A program made the position numbers and the translations under genes. Of a stretch of DNA of 64,000 bases, positions 63,597 through 64,000 are shown piece after piece. Each line of letters starts with the position of its first letter. The stretch's first letter is position 1. The stretch is from Marsupella aquatica (taxonomy: Eukaryota; Plantae; Marchantiophyta), in NCBI GenBank assembly GCA_973895155.1, contig OZ316897.1, positions 13,267,375-13,331,374 of the forward strand. Reading direction: 5' to 3'. Below the pieces are notes generated by a model that saw nothing but the letters and a program-made list of their open reading frames with translations, did not search any database and had not been told where the DNA came from.

Positions 63597-64000
63597 GTAC
63601 GTAGTCTGACTTACCCTCCGCCTGTGTTGCCTGCCGGCTTGCGTGATGTTGAGCCGTTCTGGCCATTGGGGCAGACGAATCCGTGGAGAGCTTTCCGGAT
63701 GGAAGTGGGGTTCTTGATGTGGCTCTTGATCCTTCGGTGCGGATCTTTGTCAAGATGGGGCTATCCCTTCCCCTACCCCTTCCCCGTAAATCCTGCATTG
63801 CGTTCTTTCCCGTCCTCGCTAATTGATACTAAGTGCGAGTCTGATTTTTTCCCGATCTGAACAGTTTTACAGCGCCCGTCAGCCATCTCGAGAGACCTTT
63901 GAGTGCCTAATGTGAGGGGATTGTCATGTTGCATATCGTTGCAATCTTCTCGACCAAGCAATTACAGCTTGATGTCCGTGGCCGTGAAGTTTATGGTATT

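Overview
Eukaryotic, intron-containing land-plant DNA; the repeat style and gene content suggest a bryophyte or liverwort, which is an inference only. Bases 1-17631 are one end of a large CACTA/En-Spm transposon. It carries an apparently intact TnpD, a multi-exon TnpA-like gene, an intact EDM2-type composite PHD-finger ORF and about 5 kb of tandem repeats with strong palindromes. It is inserted in a decayed Ty1/copia element whose very short LTR holds a MITE. Host genes follow: an intronless LRR receptor kinase with a WAK-type kinase domain, a CCR/DFR-like reductase, a class I/II aminotransferase and the first coding exon of RabE1. The most unusual object is a 10.3-kb DNA transposon at 39084-49361 with 14-bp TIRs and a 5-bp ACCAT TSD. 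It encodes a GCM-like/MULE-DDE/SWIM transposase and, divergently, a ParB/Srx-like plus beta-class N4C/N6A DNA-methyltransferase-like fusion. An 18-bp palindrome recurs in its non-coding DNA. Both of its genes are disabled in this copy. All domain calls come from motif recognition by eye; no searches were run.
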